Shown: positions 11,401 through 25,099, counted from the first letter of the stretch. The stretch: 52,084 nucleotides of DNA from Octopus sinensis (GCF_006345805.1 NW_021833978.1:1-52084); one strand, 5' to 3'. Made by a program: numbers and translations. The notes: generated from the sequence alone by a model not told the origin.

Positions 11401-12551
11401 TCACGTAGGCAGAGAGTAAAAAAAAACGAAATTCACTCGGTATTTGATTACCTGTGGACGCGTTTCGGAATTAGATCGATATGAAAAATGCAAAAACCAC
11501 AACTTCATTCGATCATTTTACTCCTCAGCACAGCATTTCAAGATTTTAAATTTGAGAGCACAGAAAAAATTGAACATACCTATCTGATTCAAGTGACTTC
11601 AGACAAACTATATCCAATGACCAGTACAAACGAATTCTGTTTACTATTTTGTTGTATCGATAGCCAAACAGCTTATCTGAACACTTAGCCGTATGGACCG
11701 TCGTATGAGATCCACTTATTTAATGCATTCAATTACAATAAGCATATGTATTTCTTTCCCGTTTTGTACTCCAATATTTACTGAAATTAGAACTCCGGCT
11801 ACCAACTATGCCTCCACTCCTAGTTCCAGTAATGCTTTTGAAGGATACACGCTGTGCTGTGCTTTCTGTAATGCACTTGAAATGCTCTTTAGCATTCATC
11901 TGAAATGTAATTTTACAGGTGTACATTTGCATTTTGAATCACAGGTAGTCTATCTGACGAGATTACTTATTTATTGTTAATTTCATGCCGGATAGTAATT
12001 GAGGTTGAATTTTTCTGAGATTCTCATATAGGTATTACCATTTTTGCTATTCCACTGCGTCGATATTAATGTCGTTGGTAAACGTACTTGCATTAAGTAT
12101 TTTATCATTTGCCCTAACTGCTCCATTCCAAAATGTGTTGCGAAGTTAAAGAGAAAAGTATTTGCATAATTTTAGAGCATTTTCAAAGCTTTTTCCTGGA
12201 CCCAATATACGCACAGCACTAAACAAAATTCTGTATCATCATGTTTTTCATAAGGCTGGGACATTTGTAGCACATTACTGAGAGATCTGACCTTAAAATA
12301 TTCCGTTTGGCAGTTTCCGAGAAGCAAAGTCATTCCCGTTTACTTCTAAATTCATTATAGTTTTTTTTTCTTTCTTTGTAGCACATGCGCACTTGCACCA
12401 AGATGATCTCTATACCTGTCCAGAACTCTCTGCATTATTTATAACTATGTATTAGTGTGTCTATAGAACCGGCGTGAAATGGATGCTATTTTGGATCAAA
12501 TTTGCTTCGTATTTTATTGTAAAAAATTTTCTGATCATTGAGTAAAACGAA

Positions 12552-12774
12552 CTCTTACTCTTTTACTCTTTTACTTGTTTCAGTCATTTGACTGCGGCCA
12601 TGCTGGAGCACCGCCTTTAGTCGAGCAAATCGACCCCGGGACTTATTCTTTGTAAGCCCAGTACTTATTCTATCGGTCTCTTTTGCCGAACCGCTAAGTT
12701 ACGGGGACGTAAACACACCAGCATCGGTGGTCAAGCAATGCTAGTGGGACAAACACAGCTACACAAACACACAT

Positions 12775-12816
<42 letters not shown>

Positions 12817-12977
12817 CGGGCTTCTTTCAGTTTTCATCTACCAAATCCCCCCACAAGGCATTGGTCGGCCCGGTGCTATAGCAGAAAACACTTTCCCAAG
12901 ATGCCACGCAGTGGGACTGAACCCGGAACCATGTGGTTGGTTAGCAAGCTACTTACCACACAGCCACTCCTGCGCCT
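12552..12977 (-). mobile_element. Family A SINE, full length
   Basis: Reverse complement of the A consensus from AGGCGCAGGAGTGGCTG to the (TAAAAGAG)n tail. Confidence 0.9.
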
Positions 12978-13304
12978 AGGTAATAGAACGTTTCGAAAAA
13001 TGTCACGTCTACTTCAGGAAAGAATTATTATTATTATTACTACTCACGAGCTAGGAGTTATACATTTTTATCTTCATAATAATCTGCATCATCAAGGATA
13101 GATCTGGTGGCAAGGTGATACAGGTGTTAGAGATTCAGACATAATAATTTATCCCGGCTCTTTACATTCTCAATTAAAATATTACCTCAGTCAACATATC
13201 ATTCATCATTTGGGATTCAGGAAATGAAATACCAAACAGTGCGGAATCTTGTGATATAATTTAAAGCAGGTATTAGAAAAAATATGCAATGTATATTTAA
13301 TTTG

Positions 13305-13460
13305 TTATTGCCCACGGAGGGGGGGGGGCTAAACATTGAGGGGACAAACAAGGAGAGACAAAGGGATTAAGTCGATTATATCGTCCCCAGTGTGTAATTG
13401 GTACTTACTTAATCGAACCTGAAAAGATGAATTGGAAAGTCGACCTCGCAGGATTTTGTT
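13305..13460 (-). mobile_element. Family C SINE 3' part with Tx1-type tail
   Basis: Reverse complement ends ..GTGGGCAATAAC; degenerate body. Confidence 0.7.
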
Positions 13461-13679
13461 CGTAATCAGCGACATAAAATGACTCTTTCCAGAAATAAGA
13501 GCACATACAGTAAGAAACATAAATATGCATACACACGTACCAGCAATAAAGACACACATTCAACTGTCGTACCTGTATTCGAAGACCATTTGTGTTGCAT
13601 ACTGTGTGACCCTAAATTTCTTTGAGAACTGCGATAAGGGTGCCAGGTGTATACATAGAGACACAGACACCAAGAATAT

Positions 13680-13715
<36 letters not shown>

Positions 13716-13721
<6 letters not shown>

Positions 13722-14113
13722 ATATATAAAAGTGAGGTTGTGTGCTGTCTGTCTCCTACGATTTAGATTCCTAACTACTCCCACGTTTTGCGGTGCAGTT
13801 TAACCAAAACCGGGTATCTTATAGTCGTAATTCATATCGAGCCCTTCTGGGTATTAGCGCGCGTTTACGATGAGTCTACGATTAAAAAAAAAATTACCCA
13901 CATTTTTTCCATTATATTGCATTTTGTCGCTATTATATATGGGAGGTAACTCTCTAAAAATGTATTATTAAATCTCAGAACGTAAAAAGCTACAGTAACA
14001 CCCCCCCCTTTGTAGTTAGCCATATCGAGATGGCTATTATACTTTACATCTCTGAAAATGCTTATATAGTTATTTCCCTTACAAACCCGAGCAACGCCGG
14101 GCGATACTGCTAG
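13716..14113 (+). mobile_element. Non-autonomous Helitron
   Basis: 5' CTTTATATATAAAA start; 3' hairpin CCCG-AGCAACGC-CGGG followed by CTAG (14110-13) and T; the 3' end recurs inverted at 51961. Confidence 0.8.
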
Positions 14114-14194
14114 TATATATATATATATATGAATGTATTACTTTCCAGTAAAAGATAGCCATAAGGGTAAAATTATACATATAAAAGAAAATAC

Positions 14195-14524
14195 ATGGTA
14201 CAACGAGGCACCAATATTTACTGGAAAATAGCAATCGTAATAAATACGATGCTATTGTATAGTTTCACTGTGTATATACTAGCTGATGAAGACTAATCAA
14301 ATTTACGTTGTCAAACGTATTTGAAGAGTTAGAAACCGGTCCTGCATTATCCGATTCTAGGTTGTCCATTTATCAGATGTTCTTCCTGGAGGTAAGACAA
14401 CTTTTTTTTCATGTTTGTTGCACACACGCGTCTTTGCTACTATATACACAGTGAAGCTGTACAATAGCGTCGTACTTATTACGATTGCTATTTTCCAGTA
14501 AATACTGGTGCCTTGTTGTACCAT
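14195..14524. repeat. 84-bp inverted repeat enclosing a degenerate hammerhead-like motif (Penelope-like)
   Basis: Arms 14195-14278 and 14441-14524, 6 mismatches; CTGATGA 14283-89 and GAAACCGGTC 14332-41 inside. Confidence 0.75.
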
Positions 14525-15589
14525 TTATCTACTTATAATAATAAATAAATATATATTATATATATATATATAATATATTAATCAATTTAGGGTACAAAAA
14601 ATTCGATATAGAAATTTATCGCTACCAGCGAATTAGGGTAAACGTTTTTAAATTTTCACCTAATTTCTGAATTACTACTACTTAGCGGTTTGAGCCCTGG
14701 CTGCTCTTTCTAGTGGACGAATGGTCTATTAAGGCCATTCCTTAATTGTTAAATTATATATATATATATGTCCGTGTGTCTGTGTGTGTGTGTGTATTAC
14801 TATTACCCACAATCATATATAAAATCCAGAATACATGTATATATACTTGAAATGGTGATTCCATGAAACTGGGCGAACGCAAATTCTTATGTAAAGTCTA
14901 TGAGCACGTTTTTCAATAAAGTGGATATTCCGATTAACACTGCATGAAAGAAAAGAGCGTTTGGCCATTAAAACAATGGTTTATAAAGTAATGGTAGAAT
15001 GGTATATTGTTGAATGAAATAAGTCAACTAGATATCGAGAAAAGTCTTGAAACAGTTTCACTACGCTAGATACATCGAAGATATTCTGTAATATTTCTGA
15101 TCAAAGTGGTGACAACAGCATATTTAGCATACGATTCCACAGAAGATCGAAACATGAATGGAATTTTCCTGAAAATTTGGTAAAATATTCCTTTTATGCT
15201 ATCATGCCATACTCATTTATATCAGAGGCAAACGGATAAGTGATATGTATGTACGTCATTATAAAGTTTTATTTCTAGATTTGGTTTCTAAAAGGTATAT
15301 ATGTATGTATGCGAATTTATGTGTGTGTATGCATGAATATATATAATAATATATCGTAATAATAGTATATATTCTCCGATTTAAAGTGACATGTTATAAA
15401 AACAATTGATTGAAAAATGATGAGCTAAACCTAACCAGAATCGAATCCACATATTAACACTTACATGGCTCCACGCGTTTGTTTTGCTATTGTGTCAAAC
15501 GTTCACCCATCAATTTGAGCCAAATTTTATGAATATATACTGTAACTCCCTAATACTACATACAATATTTGTGAAAATGAGGCAAGTTG

Positions 15590-15745
15590 CAGAAACGTTA
15601 GAACGCCGGGCAAAGTGTTAAGCAGTATTTCGTCTGTCTTATGGTTCTGAGTTCAAATTCCACCGAGGTCGACTTAGCAATTCATCATTTCGGGGTCGAT
15701 AAATTACGTATTAGGGTCGATCTAATCAACTGCTCCCTCCCCCAA
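15590..15745 (+). mobile_element. Degenerate family C SINE
   Basis: AGAAACGTTAGAACGCCGGG head, GAGTTCAAATTCC and GGGGTCGATAAATTA body. Confidence 0.75.
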
Positions 15746-15757
15746 AATGTTATATAC

Positions 15758-15805
<48 letters not shown>

Positions 15806-15837
15806 GATATATATATATATATATATACATGTATATT

Positions 15838-15960
15838 AGCCTGCTCGCTTAGCCAGCGGAGTGTCGTCATCTGAAGGCTAAAACAATGCGAAGCACATTG
15901 TGACCAGCGATATGTAGCAACATCTGATAGCCTTGTCGGTCACAGTGAGTCACAGTGATA
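15838..15960 (+). mobile_element. Isolated 3' tail shared with the SINE at 7483-7747
   Basis: GCCTGCTCGCTTAGCCAGCGG..GAAGGCTAAAACAATGCGAA..TGTGACCAGCGAT matches the reverse complement of 7483-7590. Confidence 0.75.
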
Positions 15961-15971
15961 TACATGTATAT

Positions 15972-16065
<94 letters not shown>

Positions 16066-17658
16066 ATATCAACAATCAAGGAACGGCATAATAGGCCATT
16101 CACCCACTAGAAATAACACCAAAGCTTCAACCGCAAATAAAAATCAATTCCGTAAACCAGGAGAAAATTTAATACAAACTTTTTTGCCACCCTATATGAT
16201 TAATTATATTATATATATATATATATATTATATATATACACACACCAATACACGTATGCGTGTGTGTTTAATGTATATTTGCATATTGCACATGAAGATA
16301 TAAACATGCGCATGCGTACATGTACGTACGAAGGGATTGTTTTCCTTACCTGCAGCTCAAAGGAAATATCTTTGGAAACATACACGTGTAATTCTGCGAA
16401 CAGCAGGTAACCTTTGAATTTTTTCAAAAAATTATGCATGTTTAGTTTTATCGATTGCTTTCGTCAATGCATGCAATTCCAAGCAGAAAGGACACTGCAT
16501 ATCATATTTTTGTTTATAATCTCATTCTATTCTAGTTCCAATTTTGGAAAGAATGGTCAGAAGGTGAATTAAGGTTCGCGGTAACAGATGTAGTTTTGAT
16601 ATGTGCTTTATATTCAGCTTTCCACTTTGCATTAATATTTGAATATAATATTGGACATCTGTACTATGTTATTTGGTTTAAAGTCTTACTGATATATATT
16701 GATTCGCAATTTTAGAATTCCTGTATTTTTGCAACATAAGGAAGCTAACGTATTGTTCATGGATGTAATATATATATTTGATTCTGCCTTGGTTTAATCA
16801 ATATTTTGAGAAAAATGTTCATCCATACTATAAAATCCAGCAGCAATGTTATCGTCAGTAACATATCAATTTTTGCCTACAACTAAAACACCACAACGTT
16901 GGACGGTTACTATGACTTAATCCAGGATTTTATATGTGCGAGCGTCTATATAATTCGACTGATCTAGAAATATTATTGTTCCAAGCTAAAAATATTTTGC
17001 AGAAGCTGAAGTAAGAAAGACCATTAATGAAGCATGATCTTGCGTAGAGAATTGACATCAGTGTATATTTCAACAAAATGGGTCTTACAAGATTACAAGT
17101 CGACTGAACATACATAAGGGAATAACATACCCGTGCAAACAATGACTAGATGAAACTTTTACATCCTAAAACGTGTATTACTAACTGGAACCCTTTCCAA
17201 TTTATCACATTGACAATTGAAATGGAATGCCAGCACATTTAACGGATTCGTGTATAGCCATGGAGTTACCGAGGGACGTTCTCTCTTTCTCTCTACTTTT
17301 CTTCCTTTCTCTTTCTCCCTACTCTCTCTCTCTCCATCTCACTCTCTCCTCTCTCTCTCTCCATCTCACACTCTCCTCTCTCTCTCTCTTTCTCTCTCTC
17401 TCTTTCTCAAGGAATCACGTAGGTGTAAACTAAATTTTTAAAAGAGACTACTCAAATAACAAAAGCTGAGTAGAATGCGGTTATATTGAGGGCAAAAAAA
17501 AAAATTCCATGAATATTTAGTAAGAGTTTCACGTAATGGTACATTACACAGCTGATCAAAATCACACGCACACTCATTCACACACACATAATCACATACA
17601 CAAACACACTCTCTGATATATTTATATACATATATAGATATAGGCATATATTTATACG

Positions 17659-17721
<63 letters not shown>

Positions 17722-17785
17722 TGTATATATAGAAATATTAAAATTACTGAGTCTCTCTAAAGGAGATTACGGCAGCGTTACTGGA

Positions 17786-18020
17786 TATTAATAGTTATCG
17801 CCATACTAATATGGCAGTCTATAAATAAGACTAAAGCCGCTTCACCTTGCTAGTCAGACTAGCAAGGTGAAGCGGCTGACCTCCCCTGTTCGAAGGTTGT
17901 AATGGACGCAGGTCCGTGTGTCATATAGCTAGCTAGAGGCGACGGCCTCTTGGAGCTAATCAGAAACAGCTTTAGTCTTATTTATAGATTCCCATATTAG
18001 TATGGCGATAACCATTAATA
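17786..18020. repeat. Foldback palindrome with an internally deleted left arm
   Basis: Outer 52-bp arms 17786-17837 and 17969-18020 (3 mismatches); perfect 21-bp inner arms 17835-55 and 17857-77 around a 1-nt centre. Confidence 0.9.
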
Positions 18021-18065
18021 TATATATAAATATATGTATATATATATATAATATATATATATAAT

Positions 18066-18098
<33 letters not shown>

Positions 18099-19748
18099 TT
18101 GTGTATATATATATATGTATATATATTTGTATATATATATATGTATATATATATATGTATATATATAAATAAGGATAAGATCGTTAATTAAAAAATAACA
18201 TAACGATTTTATCAAGTGGTCAGCATGGAAAAAATAACTTCCAATGGTAATAATTATTAACATTATAAATTAGGGTATCTACGAGATACCACCTAAGAGT
18301 GTCCTGCTGTATTAATAGTGAGAGGAATTGTTCTGTTCTGAATATATCGTTTTTAATATTTACGTGGGTATTACTCTAAGGCCCTTGCAGTAATGTCATT
18401 TGTGATGGAGGCATTGAAAAGATGTTTACGTATAACCCCTTGTTTTATTTCAACCCAATATCAGCTGTGTACGCCGAGCTATCTATTCCACAGACACGTT
18501 CTCCTTCAAAGTAATTCTCAGTTTGAAAAGACTACACATATATGAATTACATGTAGAATAGTTTCCATGTAGCTTCCTGGTTCTAATTTCACTAATAATG
18601 TTTAAGTTTTTCCGTGGATATTGTAAATCTATTTGTAATCAATGTCGCACTGTTTTATCAAAAGTCTTCATTACTACTGTTGTATTTCGTTTGTTAGTTT
18701 CTATTGTAAATTGTGTTGTGTCTAGGAAGAGTCATTGCGCCAATAATTATATCACTCGCACACGTTAATTTCAGATCTTTATTTTTAGTGGTTAAATATC
18801 TAACAAATTAAATAATCAACCGTTTGTTTAATGTGCTGGTTAAACAATCACTCGGTTGATTGTTTTCCAAATTCTCTCGTCTCTGTTCGCGATATTCCAG
18901 AAAGAACGAAACAGGATGGAATGCCACAAACGTTTTTTCGATCTAATGATTTGACCATTTCGCTGCCATGTGAAAGATTAATAGCAGTGTGTATTAACCA
19001 GAAGAATTTTCCCGCTCACTTGATAACATGTCTATACTTTTTGAGAGCGGAGACATCTTGAATGCAATGAAATTAGATTTCAATATATGTCATTCATCAC
19101 TTACCAATGTTAAATTGTTGGTGATAGTTGAATAGTCTCGCAGCATGAAAAGTGCAATAACAATTCGCAGAAATATCGTACGTACTATGCTCGATAGATG
19201 CACTTCAGCAGAATGTAATATATATATATATAAATATATATAGCAAAAAACAAATAAGATTCAAGTGAATTCCAATGAATTCAAATGAATATGGTACTTA
19301 ACTTAGATTAGATGCACCAGAATTCTTTATGGTATTAACCATAAAATAATGTGGGGTGATTATAACCAAGAAAAAAGCAATAAGAATGGATTAGTAGTTT
19401 AGTACGATTGTTTCATACTAAGAGCAATTTTATTTGAAGCTGCAAATATTGCAGCAAATACAAATGTCCAGTATTCATCAGCTAAATCTCATATATGTTT
19501 TCCAGACATCCTAGAGTGTTCGATTATCCTACACAAGTATTAGGAGTGAGTTCTATGAAATTTACAGTCAAATTATAAGCAAATTTAAAATGCTTTCTAA
19601 TGATGCACAGTTTTATATAAAAGTTTTTAAAAAAGATTGTTAACTTCCCAGAGAAGGTGAATCTATCCATAAAAATGTAGGCATAATTTCCGGAGACATA
19701 TATATATATATATATGTATGTATGTATGTGTGTAGAAGAATTTGTTTG

Positions 19749-19798
<50 letters not shown>

Positions 19799-19839
19799 AT
19801 GTGTGTGTGTGCGAGTGTGTGCGTGTGTCTGTATGTATG

Positions 19840-20035
19840 TGTGTGTATTTGTGGCTGTGTTTGACCTCTCATCACTGCTTGACAACAGGTTTTGGTGTAT
19901 TTGCGCCTCCACAACTTAGCGGTTCGGGAAAAGAGCCCGATTAAATAAGTGCTAAGCTTAAACATATGTCGTTTTGTCGATTTGTTCAACTAAAGGCGGT
20001 GCTCCAGCATGGCCGCAGTGAAATGACTGAAACCT
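19840..20035 (+). mobile_element. Diverged family A SINE 3' half
   Basis: TGCTTGACAAC..TTAGCGGTTCGG..CTAAAGGCGGTGCTCCAGCATGGCCGCAG. Confidence 0.7.
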
Positions 20036-20589
20036 TAAAACAATAAATATATGTTTGTGTGTGAGTGTATGTGTATGTATGTGTATGCATGCGCGCGTGT
20101 GCGTGTGTGTATGTGTTTGCGTCTGGCCCCATAAATTAGCAGTTCACCAAAAGTGAACGACAGAATTAGTAGTAGGATTAAAACGACACATAGGTCTACA
20201 GTTGATTCTGTTCGACTAAAGGTCATTGATGACGGTGCCCCAGTTTGGCCATGGTAAAATGATTGGACGGTGTTTAATGATTTAAATCATATAATTGTAA
20301 AAAAACTAAAACACTTAAAGCAAGCTTTGATGTTCCCATTAACCCATTATTCCCCGAGTTCTTGGAAACATAATGTAAGCAACGAACAAGTGGTGTCTCA
20401 CTCATATTTTCAGACACATCATTGAAGAGCAGGTAATCAAACATCCGTTTTTGGGTTGCTATTTTTCCAAAATTGCATCGACGCTGCGGAAATGTGTAGT
20501 TAAACATAGACGGAATAATGGATATGATTGCCATTTGAAGACTCAACTGTCTTGAACTTTCGTTCTACGGACCCGCTTATTTGAAGTGA

Positions 20590-20657
20590 AGAGAGGGTAG
20601 AACTTTTATAATTACAGAAATATTCCAGCAGTAAAACTTTGCATTTACTAAGTAACT

Positions 20658-20744
<87 letters not shown>

Positions 20745-21350
20745 CATAGACACACAACAATAGAATCTATATCAAATATTTAACAAATTAAGATCTATCC
20801 ATGTGCATAACATTTAAAGAACTGTTTATAGCGTTTGATTTCGCCCAACGAAATATTTACGCTTATACGTACGTGCAGGCATATACAAGCAAACAATTCG
20901 TCCGTTTTCTGTCCCCCACCTGTCTCTCTATGTCTCTCTCTTTCCTCTCTCCCTCTCTCTTTCTTTCTTTATGTATACACTGAGAGGGAGAAAGAGAAAG
21001 AGAAAGATAAAAAAAAGGGGGTTAGTCTAATGTAGGGCAGAGTCAAACGCTTTAAACTGTTCTTTGAATATTTTTCACGTGGATAGATATACATTTGTTA
21101 AGTAATCTATAGTGAATCTATTGTTATATAGTTCTTTGTGCCAAGTTGGATTCGCACTTAAGCACGGATATTGTAAGGCAGACAATCTTAAAAGAAAATT
21201 GTGCTAAGTAAGCTGGAAAATTCTTCGTTTTTGATTATTTGCAACAGACTTTGCCTACAAGCAACAGACAGAAAAAAAAGAGAGGGTAGAACTTTTATAA
21301 TTACAGAAATATTCCAGCAGTAAAACTTTGCATTTACTAAGTAACTTAAC

Positions 21351-21385
<35 letters not shown>

Positions 21386-21920
21386 CATAGACACACAACA
21401 ATAGAATCTATATCAAATATTTAACAAATTAAGATCTATCCATGTGCATAACATTTAAAGAACTGTTTATAGCGTTTGATTTCGCCCAACGAAATATTTA
21501 CGCTTATACGTACGTGCAGGCATATACAAGCAAACAATCGTCCGTTTTCTGTCCTGTCCCCCACCTGTTTCTCTATGTCTCTCTCTCTTTCCTCTCTCCC
21601 TCTCTCTTCTTTCTTTATGTATACACTGAGAGGGAGAAAGAGAAAGAGAAGATAAAAAAAAGGGGGTTAGTCTAATGTAGGGCAGAGTCAAACGCTTTAA
21701 ACTGTTCTTTGAATATTTTTCACGTGGATAGATATACATTTGTTAAGTAATCTATAGTGAATCTATTGTTATATAGTTCTTTGTGCCAAGTTGGATTCGC
21801 ACTTAAGCACGGATATTGTAAGGCAGACAATCTTAAAAGAAAATTGTGCTAAGTAAGCTGGAAAATTCTTCGTTTTTGATTATTTGCAACAGACTTTGCC
21901 TACAAGCAACAGACAGAAAA
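20590..21920. repeat. Local tandem duplication of ~640-690 bp (two copies)
   Basis: Copy 1 ~20590-21277 and copy 2 ~21278-21920 both run AGAGAGGGTAGAAC..GCAACAGACAGAAAAA; they differ in (CA)n length and small indels. Confidence 0.9.
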
Positions 21921-22419
21921 ACTGTCCATTTATCTCTCAATATATGTAGTCGGAAATACACACACACACGCAGGCGCACATACACACACACACGCGCACA
22001 CACACACACATACACACACAAGGGGAGATTTGTATTTCCATACTTAACCATTTCTTTGGCTATTAATCCATTATCCACGTATCCTTTTGTATTTTCCCTC
22101 TTTTCGTAAAAGAAATTTAAGCATAGAAGCATTATTAGTAACAAAATACGTTCCAAAATTAACACAGAAAAACACTATATTTGCAAAAACATATTATTGT
22201 AATCTAAAGGTAATCGAACAAATCAAAAATAGACGAGTTGATAATGGTTCTTCTCAGGTGCAATATCATTGTCATTACCTATTCGCTTCATCGTAGAAGG
22301 TGTATAAAATTCACATCATCATATTCACAAAGAAAACCAGGGAATAGTTAAAGATTTCAAGCGTTTAAGAACTTCATTGCCCCAGTCTAGTCATAAACTA
22401 AACGTATAAGAATGATATA

Positions 22420-22429
22420 TGTGTGTGTA

Positions 22430-22467
<38 letters not shown>

Positions 22468-22812
22468 ATATATACATATTATATATTATATTCGCATTAT
22501 ATATATATTTTATCTATGCATATATATATATATAATATATAAATATATTATAATATATAATATATACATATTATATATTATATTCGCATTATATATATAT
22601 TTTATCTATGCATATATATATCATATATACATTTATATATATTATATGCATATATATATTATATATACATGTATATATATTATATGCATATATTATATAT
22701 ATATTATACATATATATATATATATATCACATTATATATACATACATATATATTACACATACCTACCTACATACATATAAAATAATATAATATATATATA
22801 TATATATATATA
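22420..22812. repeat. (TA)n-rich microsatellite field
   Basis: Direct inspection. Confidence 0.9.
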
Positions 22813-22829
22813 ACTTGTACTTATTTTAT

Positions 22830-23324
22830 CCAGCTCGAAATAATGAGAGTTAAAGTCGGTCACTGCGGAGTTTGAACTCAGAAAATAGCGACAGGTGAGC
22901 ATTGGTCCAGCGCGTTAACGATTCTGCCAGCTCACTGAGTACTTAATAATCCTTTCTAATAAAGGCCTGAAATTCTGAGGAGAAGCATGCCGAACAGATT
23001 GACCACAGTACGCAACTAGTACTTAATTACTGATATCGAAATGATTAAAGTCAAAGTCGACATGGGTGGAATTTGAACTCAGAACATAACGGCAGACGAA
23101 GTACCTATTTCATTACTACCCACAAGGGGCTAAACACCGAGGGGACAGACAAACGGATTAAGTCGATTATATCGACCCCAGTGCGTTACTGGTACTTAAT
23201 TTATCGAACCCAAAAGGATGAACGCCAAAGTCGACCTCGGCGGAATTTGAACTCAGAACTTAACGGCAGACGAAATACGGCTACGCATTTCGCCCGGCAT
23301 GCTAACGTTTCTGCCAGCTCGCAA

Positions 23325-23359
<35 letters not shown>

Positions 23360-23845
23360 ATATTAATAATAATAATAATGATCTTTTCCTCTCTAGGCAC
23401 AGGGACCCAAATTTCGGGAGAGGGGAGTAAGTCGATGGGATCGACCTCAGTACGCAACTGGTATTTAATTTATCGATCCCAAGAGGATGAAAGGCCAAAT
23501 CGACCTCTGCGGAATTTGAACTCAAAACGTGCATAGAGACGAAATACTGCTCAGTATTTCTCCCGCCATGCAAACGCATCTGCCAGTTTGCCGTCTTTTA
23601 AATAATAATATTAATATCCTTTTCTACTCTAGGCACAAGCTCCGAATTTTTAGGGAGGGGGGAGGCAGTCGATCATATCGACCCCAGTACGAAACTGGTA
23701 CTTAATTTATCGACCCCCGTGAGGATGAAAGTCAAAGTCGACCTCGCCGGAATTTCAACTCAAAATGTAAGGACAGACGAGATACCGCTAAGCACTTCCC
23801 CCGGCGTACTAACATGTCTTCTTCCTTTATTGCCCACAAGGGCAA
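22830..23845 (-). mobile_element. Cluster of family C SINEs, including a head-unit-body array at 22960-23322
   Basis: Repeated GCAAAGTCGACCTCGGCGGAATTTGAACTCAG (reverse C body); tail/body junction at ~23105. Confidence 0.8.
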
Positions 23846-25099
23846 TTTCTATCTTATAAACTGAAAAGGGAGCATGACAAAATTAACTAACTTAGCATTG
23901 TGTAATAGTTTCATTTTTTGTTTTGTTTTTATAATTAAAATGTAAACCGTTAATATATGAATGCGAAAGAGATAGTTGATTAATTGTAAACCTACTTTTG
24001 GGCCACACTATAGATTCTGATAATCGTTCAGAAGTTTATAATTACTACAGTCTTATAGTCAAAATCTACAACAGAACTTGTAAATCTAACTCAAGTACAT
24101 CCAACCTATGATTAGTTAGTGGTTTTGCCCTCCTTCAAAAATAACAGTACTCTACTGTCAAGCCAGGTAGAATTATTTCTCGACATCAGCAAAAGCAAGA
24201 ATAGAACAATATCGGGCTTCCACGTGGCTACTGTTGACCAATAAATATTGGCCTAGCTGACGTTTAACAGTCTAAATTTATTTCTTTGCCACCTGGATGA
24301 ATACGCATTGTGCACGTTTATAATAATAATGTAGTATGGTCTAGTGAGTTACGTCTGTTCAAGTGAAACAGGCAAAAAACAAAAGCGATCAACCATTCAA
24401 ATGAAATCGATAAAATGAATAAGAATTACTTCGGTTGATATGACTGACCCAGCTTGAAATAATTACTTGGGTTGAAATAGTCCCCACGCCCCCAGCCTGG
24501 CTTCAGTTTAAAGACTGAAAACGGTAAAGTAACAAATGGATGAATCAGCGTTCTTGCAGTTTTAACTAAATTATTATGGGAGAGTTACTGAAATAGTTGT
24601 TAAAATTCTTAATGTAGGAAGCCAGTAAATTTTAATTAATTTAACTTACACTCATAGAAATGAGTAAAACCCATTATCTTGATTATTAATTCTAGTGCAG
24701 AAAGGTACAGTAGACATGTTGTTCATTTAAATTAATTTAACGTAATTGGAAATACAACGTAAAGGGAAATGAAATCTTACAAATTCGACAAGTTTTGTGA
24801 AACAGCTCTAATTTTCTTTTTTATGCTCTCGACGAACACATTGTATTTATAAATAAACCCAAACAAACGTAAAAGAGAGATGGTTATCACTTGTTAGACG
24901 CACTTTAAATTCTCTTGGTAAGATGTCACTAGGGTTTCATTTAATTTACTGTCCCTGATATATATCCCGTGTAGCATTTGGAAGTTTTGTTTCAACACAC
25001 GTCGGTTATGAAAATGGAAATGAGCCATGAGAGCCAGCTGTTCTTATCTTCAGTAAGTATGCACATGCTGAGTGCATGTAATGTATACATGTAACGAAT

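Noticed and set aside
14870-15215. Possible Penelope RT remnant (FHYARYIEDIL*, NIPFM)
   Set aside because: Only two short motif resemblances among many stops; needs a profile search.
17050-17165. Zinc-finger-linker-like HKGITYPCKQ
   Set aside because: Single motif with stops on both sides and no complete finger.
18810-18865. Pre-miRNA-like hairpin
   Set aside because: AT-rich, bulged, with competing folds and no recognisable mature miRNA.
20274-20546. 90-aa minus-strand ORF in unique sequence
   Set aside because: No recognisable domain and no convincing splice signals.
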